The translations under genes were made by a program, and so were the position numbers. Positions 53,638-64,000 of a DNA stretch of 64,000 nt are shown piece after piece. The stretch is from Candidatus Cloacimonadales bacterium (lineage in GTDB: Bacteria > Cloacimonadota > Cloacimonadia > Cloacimonadales > JAFGVF01), in NCBI GenBank assembly GCA_963667035.1, contig OY762964.1, positions 288,001 to 352,000 of the forward strand, given 5' to 3'. The notes below the pieces were generated by a model. That model saw only the letters and a program-made list of their open reading frames with translations. It was not told the DNA's origin and did no database searches. Positions within the stretch are counted from its first letter, which is position 1; each line of letters starts with the position of its first letter.

Positions 53638-54754
53638 GAAGATGCCAAAGTTAGATGATGAGCTATCGATATTAGGTTTAGGATGCATGAGATTACCGAT
53701 GACCGAAGAGAAGAAGATAGATGAAGAACAAGCATTTGCTATGATGAAGCAGTCAATTGACTCAGGTATCAACTATTTTGATACTGCTTGGCCTTATCAT
53801 CAAGGAGAAAGTGAACTTGTAGTCGGTAAGTTTTTAGCCCAAGGTTATCGAGACAAAGTATTGCTTGCTACCAAATTGCCTTCTTGGCTTATAAATACAA
53901 GAGAAGATATGGATGAGTATCTTAACAAACAACTTGAGAGATTGCAGACAGATCACATTGATTATTATCTTGTACATGCTTTGAATAACAATCTTTGGAA
54001 GAACCTTTTAAAGCATGGTATATTTGATTTTTTGGAAAAGGCTAAAGCAGATGGAAAGATAGTTAATATCGGATTCTCGTTTCATGATAAATATCCTGTA
54101 TTCAGTAAGATAATTAATGCCTATGACTGGGATTTCTGTCAGATACAATTGAATTTCTTTGATACAACTTATCAAGCAGGATTAAGAGGTATGAGATTAG
54201 CTGCTTCAAAAGGTATTGGAGTTATAGTAATGGAACCGTTAAGAGGAGGTAAACTTGTTAGCAATATTCCTCCTGAGATAGAGGATTTATGGAATAAGTC
54301 TTCTTATAAATCAAGTCCTGCAGAAAGAGCACTTCGTTGGGTATGGAACCAGCCTGAGGTGCAAATTATACTTAGTGGAATGAGCAATATGGAACAGTTG
54401 CAAGAGAATATAAAATCTGCAGATGTATGCCAAGAGGGTCAGTTGTCACCTAAAGAACTCAGATTATATCAGAAAGCTAGAAAGACTTATCTGGAGAGGA
54501 TGGCTGTCGGTTGTACTTCTTGTGCTTATTGTATGCCATGTCCTCATGGAGTTAACATACCTATGTGTCTAGGTTTATACAATAATGGATATATGTTTGG
54601 CGATAAAACTCAAGCAAAACGTGAATACTTAGGATTTGTTAGAGAAGAAAGCAGAGCGGATAAGTGTGTAAATTGCGGTATCTGTCTGGAGAAATGCCCT
54701 CAGCAAATTAATATTCCTAAGCAGTTAAGAGACGTTGTTAAGTACTTTGAATAG
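53627..54754 (+). CDS. aldo/keto reductase with C-terminal 4Fe-4S domain
   Basis: LGLGCMRLP, NYFDTAWPYH, ATKLP, MEPLRGG; CTSCAYCMPCP and CVNCGICLEKCPQ. Confidence 0.93.
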   Translation: MQYRKMPKLDDELSILGLGCMRLPMTEEKKIDEEQAFAMMKQSIDSGINYFDTAWPYHQGESELVVGKFLAQGYRDKVLLATKLPSWLINTREDMDEYLNKQLERLQTDHIDYYLVHALNNNLWKNLLKHGIFDFLEKAKADGKIVNIGFSFHDKYPVFSKIINAYDWDFCQIQLNFFDTTYQAGLRGMRLAASKGIGVIVMEPLRGGKLVSNIPPEIEDLWNKSSYKSSPAERALRWVWNQPEVQIILSGMSNMEQLQENIKSADVCQEGQLSPKELRLYQKARKTYLERMAVGCTSCAYCMPCPHGVNIPMCLGLYNNGYMFGDKTQAKREYLGFVREESRADKCVNCGICLEKCPQQINIPKQLRDVVKYFE

Positions 54755-54790
54755 AGTATTGTAATAATTGATATAGCTTTTGATAGAATT

Positions 54791-54824
54791 ACACAAACCC
54801 GAATTTATTGATTCGGGTTTGTGT
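54791..54824. terminator. terminator-like hairpin
   Basis: ACACAAACCCGAAT-6 nt-ATTCGGGTTTGTGT, perfect 14-bp stem after the AKR stop. Confidence 0.65.
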
Positions 54825-54976
54825 GATTTATGAGTAGCCACTTTACTTAGATGTATCTTTACTAAGCAGGCAAGTAATCTTTGTTTAATCATGCTTAACG
54901 AAAAAATGATGCAGGAAGGCAAAGAAAAAGTTGTCATCATTAATGAAATCATAAAAGTAACAAAAAAACATAAACA

Positions 54977-56284
54977 ATGAGGAACAAAATGAAAAAACTT
55001 AGGGTACTAATCATTATCCTGATAATAGCAGGATTAGCTTTTGCCGGCTTCAAAATATTCGGCAAAAAAGATAAAGCTGATGGAGACAGTAGCTTTGAGT
55101 TCACAAATGTGAAGAAAGGAAATATTGAGAATATAGTTTCCTGCACAGGAACTATTGAACCGTTAGGTTCAGTAGATGTTGGTACCGAGCTATCGGGAAC
55201 AATAGAGAAAGTACTTGTAGATTTTAATGATGTTGTAAAAAAGAATCAGGTTCTAGCTATTCTTGATACTACTCAATTAGCAATTAATGTTAAGACTTCG
55301 AAAGCTGATTTATTAAGAGCTCAAGCACAGTTTGACTTGGCTAAAATGACTTATGAAAGCGATATGGAACTCTTTAAGAAAGGTTTTATCTCTGAAATAG
55401 ATTTACAATCATCAAAGACAAGCTTCCATTCTGCTCAAGCTTCTATGATTTCTTCCGAATCAAACTATGAGAAAAGCTATAACAATCTTCATAAATATGC
55501 TATTATACGCTCTCCAATAGACGGTACAATCATTAACAGAAATGTTGATCCCGGTCAGACAGTTGCTGCAAGCTATTCTACTCCAACGCTTTTTACTGTT
55601 GCTGAGAATCTGGATAATGTCAAGATTGAAGCTCTTGTGGATGAGAGTGATATAGGTCAGATTAGAGAAGGAATGGAAGTAGTGTTTACTGTAGAAAGCT
55701 ATCCTGATGAAGAATTCAAAGGTAAAGCTGAACAGATTAGATTACAGCCTCAGACTGTTTCTAATGTAGTAAACTATACAGTTATTGTTGAAGCTCAGAA
55801 CAAGAATGGCATTCTTTTACCCGGTATGACAGCAACTGTAGAATTCATCATTGAACAGAAGCTTGATGTTCTTATGGTTCAAACTTCTGCAATTAAATTC
55901 CAACCTGACCGTTTTCTTATGGCTGATATTATGCAAAGACAACAACAGAGCATGAGCTCAGAACAAAAAACTGAAATGGAGAAGAGACGTGCAGCCTTTG
56001 CTAACATGAGTCAGTCAGAGAGACAAGCAGCAATGCAGAAATTACGTGAAGGCAATGGAAACGGTATGCAAGGACGTGGAAATATGAATGGTCAGAATAA
56101 GAACATGGCACGAGTCTGGTACATTGATGAATCTGGTAATCCCTCAGTATTAAGAGTATTTACAGGAGTTACTGATGGAGCAAATACAGAGATATACGGT
56201 GATAATGTTAAAGAAGGAATGCAGTTAATCTATAAACAAAACACTTCTTCAGTACCTAACCATATGAGAAGGAGACTATTTTAG
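54977..56284 (+). CDS. efflux periplasmic adaptor (MacA-like)
   Basis: N-terminal TM, VGTELSG.I..V.VDFND.VKK.Q, IRSPIDG, GQTVAAS...PTLF, VDESDIG and LLPGMTA motifs. Confidence 0.92.
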   Translation: MRNKMKKLRVLIIILIIAGLAFAGFKIFGKKDKADGDSSFEFTNVKKGNIENIVSCTGTIEPLGSVDVGTELSGTIEKVLVDFNDVVKKNQVLAILDTTQLAINVKTSKADLLRAQAQFDLAKMTYESDMELFKKGFISEIDLQSSKTSFHSAQASMISSESNYEKSYNNLHKYAIIRSPIDGTIINRNVDPGQTVAASYSTPTLFTVAENLDNVKIEALVDESDIGQIREGMEVVFTVESYPDEEFKGKAEQIRLQPQTVSNVVNYTVIVEAQNKNGILLPGMTATVEFIIEQKLDVLMVQTSAIKFQPDRFLMADIMQRQQQSMSSEQKTEMEKRRAAFANMSQSERQAAMQKLREGNGNGMQGRGNMNGQNKNMARVWYIDESGNPSVLRVFTGVTDGANTEIYGDNVKEGMQLIYKQNTSSVPNHMRRRLF

Positions 56285-56293
56285 GAAGCGTTT

Positions 56294-57028
56294 ATGGCAA
56301 ATAAGATAATAGAGATGTTTAATCTTAAAAAGAACTATAACATGGGAACACAAGTAGTTAAAGCTCTTCAAGGTGTCGATTTATCAATAGAAGAGGGAGA
56401 GTTTGTTGCCATAATGGGTTCTTCCGGTTCAGGAAAGTCAACTTTGATGAACATCGTAGGATGTTTAGATAAGATTACTGAAGGAACATATCTTCTTGAT
56501 GGTGTTGATGTGAAGGACTTGAATAAAAACCAGTATGCTGACATTAGAAATCAAAAGATAGGATTTGTATTCCAAGGATTTAACCTGCTTCCTAGGACAA
56601 CAGCTTTAGAGAACGTTGAACTTCCGCTTTTATACGATAGACAAGGTCGCATCACTAATCCGATTGAGAAAGCCAGGAATGCATTAAAGAAAGTGGGATT
56701 GGAAGAAAGAATGGACCATGAACCTAACCAGTTATCCGGTGGACAACAACAGAGAGTGGCAATAGCCCGAGCTCTTGTTACAGAACCTGCTCTTTTACTT
56801 GCGGACGAACCGACAGGAAACTTGGACACAAAAACATCTACTGAGGTTATGGCTCTTTTCCAAGAACTCAATGACCAAGGCATCACTATAGTATTAGTTA
56901 CTCACGAGTCTGATATTGCTCAGTATGCAAAGAGGAACATAATCTTAAGAGATGGCAAAATAATTGAAGACCATTTAGTGAAAGACAGATTAATCGCAAG
57001 TGAAGGAGTTCAAAATGAAGTGGTCTAA
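56294..57028 (+). CDS. ABC transporter ATP-binding protein (MacB/LolD type)
   Basis: GSSGSGKST, LSGGQQQRVAIARAL, ADEPTGNLD and VTH motifs. Confidence 0.96.
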   Translation: MANKIIEMFNLKKNYNMGTQVVKALQGVDLSIEEGEFVAIMGSSGSGKSTLMNIVGCLDKITEGTYLLDGVDVKDLNKNQYADIRNQKIGFVFQGFNLLPRTTALENVELPLLYDRQGRITNPIEKARNALKKVGLEERMDHEPNQLSGGQQQRVAIARALVTEPALLLADEPTGNLDTKTSTEVMALFQELNDQGITIVLVTHESDIAQYAKRNIILRDGKIIEDHLVKDRLIASEGVQNEVV

Positions 57029-58235
57029 TCTGCAAAAAGTAGCAATAAAGAGCTTATTAAAGAACAAAATGAGGAGTTTACTGACTTCTCTGGGTGTAAT
57101 TATCGGTGTAAGCTCGGTTATTGTAATGGTTGCAATAGGTGAAGGGTCTCAAAGACGAATTCAACAATCCTTTAGCTCGATGGGTACAAACATGTTAATG
57201 ATTTCTCCCAACTGGCATAGAACTCAAGGAGTAAGTCAGGGTGCTAGTGGATCAAGATACAGACTATCTTATGACGATATTGATTATATAAAGGAAAGTT
57301 GTCCTAACGTGGCAGCTGTATCCGCTATTATTCGTTCCAGTGGACAGTTAATAGGTGGAATAGGTAATTGGAGTAGTTCTGTAGAAGGTGTAGACCCGGG
57401 TTACTTCGAGATTCGTGATTGGGAACTTACTAGCGGTACTATATTCACTAATCGTGATGTTGAATCAAAAAAGAAAGTATGTATAATCGGACAAACTATA
57501 GCAAATGAATTATTCCCATACGAGGATCCGGTTGGAAAGAAACTTAGGATTAGAAACATTCCTTTTAAGATTATCGGTGTACTTGCAGAAAAAGGTGATA
57601 ACTCATGGGGACAGGATCAAGATGATGTTGTACTCGCTCCTTCCAAGACTGTTTTATATAGACTTAAAGGTCAACGGGATGTAGATAGAATATATGTTAG
57701 TGCCTTATCGGAAGATGCAATGGATGAAGCAGAAAGAGAAGTTGATGAAGCACTGAGAACAATGCATAAACTGTCTCCCGGAGAAGAAGCCGATTTTAGA
57801 ATAAGAAATCAGACTGAAATGCTTGAGATGGCTTCCGAAACAGGTAAAACCCTTACTATGCTTTTAGGCTCAATTGCCGGAGTTTCTCTTCTTGTGGGAG
57901 GAATCGGTATTATGAACATAATGCTTGTTTCTGTTACCGAAAGAACTCGTGAGATAGGTATCAGACTATCTCTTGGAGCCAGAAGTCAAGATGTCTTATT
58001 ACAATTCTTAACCGAAGCTATAGTACTTAGTTTAAGCGGGGGGATATTAGGAATTGCATTAGCCTTCGGCATATCGGCAATTGTGGAGCGAGCGTCCGAG
58101 CTTACTCCATACATTAACCCTTTAATAGCTTTGATGGCATTCGGATTCTCAGGAGCTGTCGGAATTTTCTTTGGATATTATCCCGCAAGAAAAGCTTCTA
58201 ATCTCAATCCGATTGATGCTTTAAGATATGAGTAA
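57015..58235 (+). CDS. MacB-type ABC permease
   Basis: RSLLTSLGVIIGV, GGIGIMNIMLVSVTERTREIG and YPARKAS.L.PIDALRYE motifs; start at ATG 57015. Confidence 0.95.
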   Translation: MKWSNLQKVAIKSLLKNKMRSLLTSLGVIIGVSSVIVMVAIGEGSQRRIQQSFSSMGTNMLMISPNWHRTQGVSQGASGSRYRLSYDDIDYIKESCPNVAAVSAIIRSSGQLIGGIGNWSSSVEGVDPGYFEIRDWELTSGTIFTNRDVESKKKVCIIGQTIANELFPYEDPVGKKLRIRNIPFKIIGVLAEKGDNSWGQDQDDVVLAPSKTVLYRLKGQRDVDRIYVSALSEDAMDEAEREVDEALRTMHKLSPGEEADFRIRNQTEMLEMASETGKTLTMLLGSIAGVSLLVGGIGIMNIMLVSVTERTREIGIRLSLGARSQDVLLQFLTEAIVLSLSGGILGIALAFGISAIVERASELTPYINPLIALMAFGFSGAVGIFFGYYPARKASNLNPIDALRYE

Positions 58236-58322
58236 CCATAGAATGTATTGATATTATAAATGCGTGATTGATATAATTTGGGGTCCTTTTTATAGGACTC
58301 TTTTTTTATTTCATGAGAGCAA

Positions 58323-58487
58323 TCTATTTTGCATCCTTCAGCACGTCCACCAACCACAAATTTACTACAAGTATTTCTCTCATTTTTCTCCCGTTTCTAT
58401 CTCGTTGCGAGCAACGGGAGACCAACGGGAGACCAACGGGAGAGCAACGGGAGACTAACCCGAGAGAAACCTCCGGTTGGAGGACGA
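58323..58487. repeat. second copy of the 11-bp tandem repeat module (4 x CAACGGGAGAS)
   Basis: Units at 58412, 58423, 58434 and 58445; outer IR at 58344-58355 and 58475-58486. Homologous to 33501-33665. Confidence 0.9.
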
Positions 58488-58517
58488 CCGGAAGGAGCTT
58501 GGTACAACGTCCTATAT

Positions 58518-58755
58518 CGTCCAGAATAAAGTAGACACATATATAACTTAGAGAAACTAACGGTTTACAGAAAATGAAACAGAAAACAGCATTATGTTAT
58601 AATGAAGTGTTTAAACGCAAAGTAGTTAAAGAAATTGAAGAAGGAGTCCTAACTATCTCCCAAGCAAGAACTATTTACAACATAGGTGGCTCCTCTACTC
58701 TTCAATGCCGGATTGAAGAATACAGAATAAATGATCGCATAGGAAGGACGGTACA
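58518..58755 (+). pseudogene. IS3 left end and orfA fragment
   Basis: Near-identical to 33764-34001 (MKQKTALCY.EVFKRKVVKEIE); no orfB follows. Confidence 0.85.
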
Positions 58756-58824
58756 TTACTCCTATAGGAGCATGAAATATCCATATCTCACACAAGGTTA
58801 TATGCTAATTTAATGATGAAGAAA

Positions 58825-59721
58825 CTAATTTTGAGTCATAATCTCATCACACAATTGTCGAGTAAAGAGGATAGCTCCTTCCTTGTTAAGATGAGAAGGA
58901 TCTCTATAGTACTCATTCTGGGAGGATAGTAGATTATCTTCACCAAGATTAATAAGAGTAATATCTTTAAGTTTTTTAAGATATTCTATAGACGGACTTG
59001 AGACATAGCTTTTTGAGAAGTCGGGAGAAATAACAATATAAATCTTACTTCCTTTCAAACCATTTATGAAGCTTTCGAAATAAGCTACTGTGTCTTGATT
59101 CAAATCTCTGGAATAATTAACAACTTGAGTTTCCTTATATTCAATAGGATATTTACCAATTCTTGGCTTCCAGCCTTTATCAGCTCTTCTACCATCCAAA
59201 TCTTTAATAATAAAAGATCGGAGTAGATAATAAAAAGATGAGTTATAAGCATAAAGTCTGGAGTTTAAAAGAAACTTTTCATGAGGAGAGATTCTATCAA
59301 TAACTTCATGAATCTCGGGATGAGATCTATAAAAAGGTCTTAGAAATCCTGCCTTTTCAAAAGATAAGCCTTGTTCAAGGAAATAGGGTTCGACATTGAC
59401 AATGATAATCTTAGGATTATATCTGTCGACAACGCCCCTTCCCATTGCATTCCAAAATGGGAGAATCTGTCCTCCACGTCCGGTAGTCCAACACGATAAC
59501 CCCAGTTTTTCCTCAATTACATGTGGAACATAATTAGTTTCAGCTCGGGAGCTTCCGAGGATAATCACATCTTCAGTTGATTCCTCAAGGCTATATCTCG
59601 CTTTGTAATATCTTCCGTTATCAGAATGAGAAACAACTTGATCCATACCTACCCCAATGAGAAAATCAAGTATAAAGAAAGCAATTAACAGGATAAATAT
59701 CTTAAGAAATAATCTCTTCAT
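58825..59721 (-). CDS. membrane-anchored SGNH-like protein, partner of the MBOAT
   Basis: N-terminal TM, IILGSSRA (GxS block) and YRDPSHLN..GA (DxxH); 8 nt downstream of the MBOAT gene. Confidence 0.75.
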   Translation of the reverse strand: MKRLFLKIFILLIAFFILDFLIGVGMDQVVSHSDNGRYYKARYSLEESTEDVIILGSSRAETNYVPHVIEEKLGLSCWTTGRGGQILPFWNAMGRGVVDRYNPKIIIVNVEPYFLEQGLSFEKAGFLRPFYRSHPEIHEVIDRISPHEKFLLNSRLYAYNSSFYYLLRSFIIKDLDGRRADKGWKPRIGKYPIEYKETQVVNYSRDLNQDTVAYFESFINGLKGSKIYIVISPDFSKSYVSSPSIEYLKKLKDITLINLGEDNLLSSQNEYYRDPSHLNKEGAILFTRQLCDEIMTQN

Positions 59722-59729
59722 GGACTCTC

Positions 59730-61130
59730 CTAAAACTGAAAATAGATGAACTGACTTTGGTCAAATACACCCAATGAAACAATATATATCAAGATGAACA
59801 ACATTGATGCGTATCTAACTACTATATTAGGATTGCTAAACAACTTAAGTTCAGGTTTAAACTCTCCCAAATAGTCGTTTATGAAAAGAATGAAAATTGC
59901 CATAACAGAGAATGAGAATATCCCGATATCTCCTGTATAAAGACTCATACTATTAAAGCTTAATATCTTTTTAATGATTTCAAATGCTGCACCAACAGAT
60001 GGAGCTCGGAAGAATATCCAAGCAAAAGAAACAAGAACAAACACAACAGCAATTCTGATAAGTTTAGGAACTTTAATCTTACTAAGTGATTTTTCAATAA
60101 TCAGATAGAGACCGTGTAAAGCTCCCCATACGATAAAAGTCCAATTAGCACCATGCCAAAATCCGCTCACAACAAAGGTAATAAACAGATTTCTCTTAGT
60201 CTTAAAGGCACCGGCACGACTTCCTCCAATCGGAATATAGAGATAGTCCCTAAACCATGAGGAAAGAGATATATGCCATCTTTGCCAAAACTCCTTAAAG
60301 GAAGTTGCAAGATATGGACGATTGAAGTTCTGCATTAATGAGAAACCGAAGAGCTTAGCGCATCCAATAGCTATTAATGAATATCCGCCGAAATCGCAAT
60401 ATATCTGAACAGCAAAGAATACCGTTGCAACTATCAAAGATATGCTTGAGTGCATTGGAACATTACCATAGACATTATCTACATAAAGAGATATTCTATC
60501 AGCGATACCTACTTTCATGAACATACCCCATAACATCATTTTAAGTCCTGCGGAGGCATTATCATAATCGAATTTACGTGGTTTATAGAATTGAGGAAGC
60601 AGATGTGTAGCTCTTTCAATAGGACCTGCAACCAGTTGTGGGAAGAAACTAACAAAAGCACCGAAAGCAATGAAATCTTTTGTAGGTTGTAACTTACGAT
60701 TATACACATCGATAGTATAGCTAAGAGTTTGGAAGGTGTAGAAGCTTATCCCAACAGGAAGAATGATGCTAAGCGTTCGAGCGTTTAGGGTAAAACCGAA
60801 GAAAGTGAAAGCATTAATAAAACTATCCAGAAAGAAGTTGTAGTACTTAAAGAACATTAGAAATCCGAGATTAACTATTATGCTAGTCCACAATAACATC
60901 CTTCGAGGTCGCTTTTGCTCATACTTTGATAATCCCAAACCTACTGAGTAATCAACAATTGTACTAAAGGCAATTAGTGAAAGAAATCTCCAATCCCACC
61001 ATCCGTAAAAGACATAACTTGAAACAAGGATAAGTAGGTTTTGCGATTTAAGGTTTTTGTTTGTTACAAACCAATACAGAAAGAAAACAACAACCAGAAA
61101 TATTCCGAACTCAAAAGAATTAAATAACAT
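59730..61130 (-). CDS. MBOAT family O-acyltransferase (AlgI/DltB-like)
   Basis: MLFNS..F, LPVGISFYTFQ, FFPQLVAGPIER, QIYCDFGGYS, FWQRWHISLS.WFRDYLYIP, SGFWHGA and FIYFQF motifs. Confidence 0.95.
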   Translation of the reverse strand: MLFNSFEFGIFLVVVFFLYWFVTNKNLKSQNLLILVSSYVFYGWWDWRFLSLIAFSTIVDYSVGLGLSKYEQKRPRRMLLWTSIIVNLGFLMFFKYYNFFLDSFINAFTFFGFTLNARTLSIILPVGISFYTFQTLSYTIDVYNRKLQPTKDFIAFGAFVSFFPQLVAGPIERATHLLPQFYKPRKFDYDNASAGLKMMLWGMFMKVGIADRISLYVDNVYGNVPMHSSISLIVATVFFAVQIYCDFGGYSLIAIGCAKLFGFSLMQNFNRPYLATSFKEFWQRWHISLSSWFRDYLYIPIGGSRAGAFKTKRNLFITFVVSGFWHGANWTFIVWGALHGLYLIIEKSLSKIKVPKLIRIAVVFVLVSFAWIFFRAPSVGAAFEIIKKILSFNSMSLYTGDIGIFSFSVMAIFILFINDYLGEFKPELKLFSNPNIVVRYASMLFILIYIVSLGVFDQSQFIYFQF

Positions 61131-61332
61131 ATATACACCTAATTATGATTACTCTTATATTTTATATGAAACAGCTTACATCCCATTTTCAAATACAGAT
61201 AACCGAAATAGCTGTCAATTATTATTGTAAAGTTCACTAATTTGTTAATAAAGGAATAGATATATGATTTATTGGTAAAGCATTTATGAACAAGATTAAA
61301 CTTGGGGAGACACGTCCGCACAACTTGCATTG

Positions 61333-63831
61333 CTATTTCATGATGATTAGCTTTATAGTTTTACTACTCCTTACTTCCACAGGTCTAACCAGATATAATC
61401 CATTAGGAGCAATATTGCCATTCTTAGTATAACCGTCCCACTCATTTGTACCGCTTAAAACATTTACGATTTGCCCTCTTAGATTATATATCTCCCAACC
61501 TACTTTATCATCTTTAGAATCAATTCGACAGATTCCCTTATATGGGTTGAAAGGATTAGGATAAATACTTATAGAATCTTGTACGGGAGGAACGGAACCT
61601 CCATTCGATTGTGAAGCATTTAAGACAATATTGTATAGTTGACCTGATGAAACCGGCATTGAGTTCTCAAATGTAGAAATCGCATCACCGGAGTAATCAT
61701 GATACTTAAACTCAATTACCGTACCATTTTGTGGTATTTGAACAAGCATAGTGCAGTAAATATTAGCTTCATAAATAATCGGAGATGCTATACCCAAGCA
61801 TTCTTCTCCAGCAAAAGCACCAACCCAATCGTTTGGTTCAGGAGTGAGGTTATTTAACTCAATGTATAATGTTGCAGTATTGTTCGGATAGACTGATAGT
61901 TCCCAGAGTGGCGACTCTCTATCACTAAATGCTACTGGAGTGGAATCATTATATACTAAACTTGTGTTATTACTAAGATTCATCCAATAGCCGTTTCCCG
62001 GAATCATCTCATCCAGAGTGTTGAAATATTCAGGCATTGTCGGATCGTAAGAATGATTTAAGTCTTTAACTTGAATTATACTACTAATTATGGATTGAAG
62101 AGCAATAGTAGGAGATAATGCAATCTGAGGCTTATATCCGACCATATTCCATCCGCCTTGCAAGTTAATATTGGATGATACATTTGTAGCAAATCCGGCA
62201 ATCTCAATGATTGCTTCCTCGTCCATGTTCACCCAGTAAGCATTATCAGTGTTTAAAAGGTTTAAAGTGTTGAAATGGTCAGGCATAGAAGGGTCATAAG
62301 ATTGAGTTAGATTCTTGACTTGAACAAGGTTTTCAGAGACTGATGCAAAAACTGTAGCAGGATTCATATCAGTCGATTCAGTGTTAAATGAAACAAGGTT
62401 CCATCCGGAATCTAAATCAATATTCTGCGTGATTCCTGTAACTCCGAATGTTACATTAAGGTTAGTTATACTACCATTTAAAACTTCAACATTGTTAAAG
62501 GTCTGATCAGGATATCCGGAGCAACTAACTGTAACATTGTATATACCTTCTGCTATAGGTCTATAAAAATCACCATTATCAGATTGAGAATGAACTGCTG
62601 AATTAGCATTATCATGTAAATTAATGAATATTTCTGCTTCAAGTGGATTCCCTAATTCATCTGTAACAACACCTCTAATCCCATATTGAGCTTCTTTTAA
62701 AAAATCAATGAAGGCTTGTCTGTTGTAATTATAGTAATCCGGTAGTAATGTGTTGTTAAGTAGCTTTGTACCTGAAATTTCAATAGTAACTTCTCTGCAT
62801 TGTTGAAAGTAATTCATCCAGTCTTGGCGACAGCCATCAGTTGTATACCAATCATAACCGTTAGTGATCCCATTGTTTTGTTCCGTGAAATATCCTGACG
62901 GAGAATCGTTTTGAACTGAAGTCGCATAGTTTCGACTAATATATTGGTACCAAGTGTCATCAACATGTCTTGTTGACCAAGTATCCCATGGATAGTTTAC
63001 TAGCTCCGCTCCCCCATGAAAATTAGCAGATAAAGTAAAATTATGTGCATTGGCAAAATCCATCTGACATTGATTTTCCTGAGCAGTTGGATTGCTGTCA
63101 CCGTTTGTATTACTTCCAGGGTCAATAAAGTTTCTATTCAAATCAATATCGTTTGTATTATAACGTCTTGCACTGTTTACGGTTTCATTCCCCCCATAGA
63201 AAGTACCGTCAGGGTTAGCAAGAGGATTTATAAAAATCTCCATATTGTTAACCATGTCGGTAAGCTCTATATCAGTGTTATAACTTTCACATAACTCATA
63301 AGCAAAACGTAATAATGCTACCCAACCAAGAGTTTCATCTCCATGCATAGTAGAAGTGTAATAAACTTCAGGTTCAGCTTCTTGAGTGTTAACATTATCA
63401 GATATCTTTAGAACCTGGATATCTCTTCCATCTTCCGAATATCCGATATGAATCAATTGGCAAATATCAGAATAGTTTGTAGATAGGCTCGATAACATTT
63501 GTTGATATACGCTATAAGTCGGATAAAGGTTCCAGTTATCCATTTGCGATATAGAAGTTGCCATAGAAACCCTTGAAGTACTATATGGTAATGGGATTTC
63601 TTGATATCTGATATTGTTTGTATTGAGGTTAGCCACTTCTCCAGGTAAAGCAAAAGCGTATACAAACTGACCATCTACTCTGTCAATAGAACATAAATCA
63701 GATAAAACATCAATTTCTGCTCTAGATTCAACTTTTATCTTAACATAAATCTCAGGACGCTGTTTTTCCCCTGCAAATACCTGTAATGCTATAAGCATAA
63801 TTGTTAAGAAGCTGACTAAGCGGTTCATCAT
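61333..63831 (-). CDS. secreted M14 zinc carboxypeptidase with C-terminal sorting domain
   Basis: Signal peptide and prodomain; HGDE, NPDG, DLNRNF, NFHGG and EVTIE motifs; two L..GWN.V repeats; IYPNPFNP...YNLRGQ...GLYLV C-terminus. Confidence 0.9.
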   Translation of the reverse strand: MMNRLVSFLTIMLIALQVFAGEKQRPEIYVKIKVESRAEIDVLSDLCSIDRVDGQFVYAFALPGEVANLNTNNIRYQEIPLPYSTSRVSMATSISQMDNWNLYPTYSVYQQMLSSLSTNYSDICQLIHIGYSEDGRDIQVLKISDNVNTQEAEPEVYYTSTMHGDETLGWVALLRFAYELCESYNTDIELTDMVNNMEIFINPLANPDGTFYGGNETVNSARRYNTNDIDLNRNFIDPGSNTNGDSNPTAQENQCQMDFANAHNFTLSANFHGGAELVNYPWDTWSTRHVDDTWYQYISRNYATSVQNDSPSGYFTEQNNGITNGYDWYTTDGCRQDWMNYFQQCREVTIEISGTKLLNNTLLPDYYNYNRQAFIDFLKEAQYGIRGVVTDELGNPLEAEIFINLHDNANSAVHSQSDNGDFYRPIAEGIYNVTVSCSGYPDQTFNNVEVLNGSITNLNVTFGVTGITQNIDLDSGWNLVSFNTESTDMNPATVFASVSENLVQVKNLTQSYDPSMPDHFNTLNLLNTDNAYWVNMDEEAIIEIAGFATNVSSNINLQGGWNMVGYKPQIALSPTIALQSIISSIIQVKDLNHSYDPTMPEYFNTLDEMIPGNGYWMNLSNNTSLVYNDSTPVAFSDRESPLWELSVYPNNTATLYIELNNLTPEPNDWVGAFAGEECLGIASPIIYEANIYCTMLVQIPQNGTVIEFKYHDYSGDAISTFENSMPVSSGQLYNIVLNASQSNGGSVPPVQDSISIYPNPFNPYKGICRIDSKDDKVGWEIYNLRGQIVNVLSGTNEWDGYTKNGNIAPNGLYLVRPVEVRSSKTIKLIIMK

Positions 63832-64000
63832 CTATACCTCCAATATCCTAACATGTTACTCCGTATTAACAAACTTATCATGTCAAATTAATTCTTTTGC
63901 AAACTTATCTAGTTTTTACTTGCTAAGATATTTATAGTTGTTTTGATAGCCTCAGAAAAGTAACTAAACTCATCGATTAGAATTAACAAGTTTTAGTAAG

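Noticed and set aside
1240..63674. Numerous short ORFs nested in or antisense to long genes (e.g. 2789-3088, 28360-28698, 39747-40115, 41491-41784, 56551-56886)
   Set aside because: They are shadows of well-supported genes and have no recognisable motifs.
1..64000. tRNA, rRNA and known riboswitches
   Set aside because: No cloverleaf, rRNA-like segment or recognisable aptamer consensus was seen in the intergenic regions by eye; a covariance-model search was not possible.

Overview
AT-rich bacterial chromosomal window. The gene content points to an FCB-superphylum diderm anaerobe, most likely Cloacimonadota (inference): several secreted proteins with YPNPFNP/FlgD-Ig C-terminal sorting domains, paired GWxTD proteins and gingipain-type adhesin domains. 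Housekeeping and metabolic genes include dnaE, priA, glpK, pepA, ptrB, TatD, YraN, two parvulin PPIases, a MacAB-type ABC exporter and an MBOAT/SGNH pair. There are four large secreted CTD proteins, an intact IS1182 that duplicated a 22-bp palindromic terminator, a dead IS200 and two IS3 remnants. The main candidate system is a tightly packed 8-gene minus-strand operon (40935-52055): YjbH-like outer-membrane barrel, TPR protein, giant TPR protein with C-terminal jelly-roll domains, tiny secreted protein, MotA/ExbB, two ExbD/TolR and a TonB-like AgmX/PglI protein. Its content and order resemble the core of the myxobacterial Agl-Glt machinery, but its function here is unknown. Also notable are three intergenic modules with CG dinucleotides phased at 11 bp inside inverted repeats, and strong enrichment of the D-[ST]-[AILVMT] O-glycosylation sequon in the giant TPR protein. 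No rRNA, tRNA or CRISPR array was seen. All family calls are from motif recognition by eye, not database searches.
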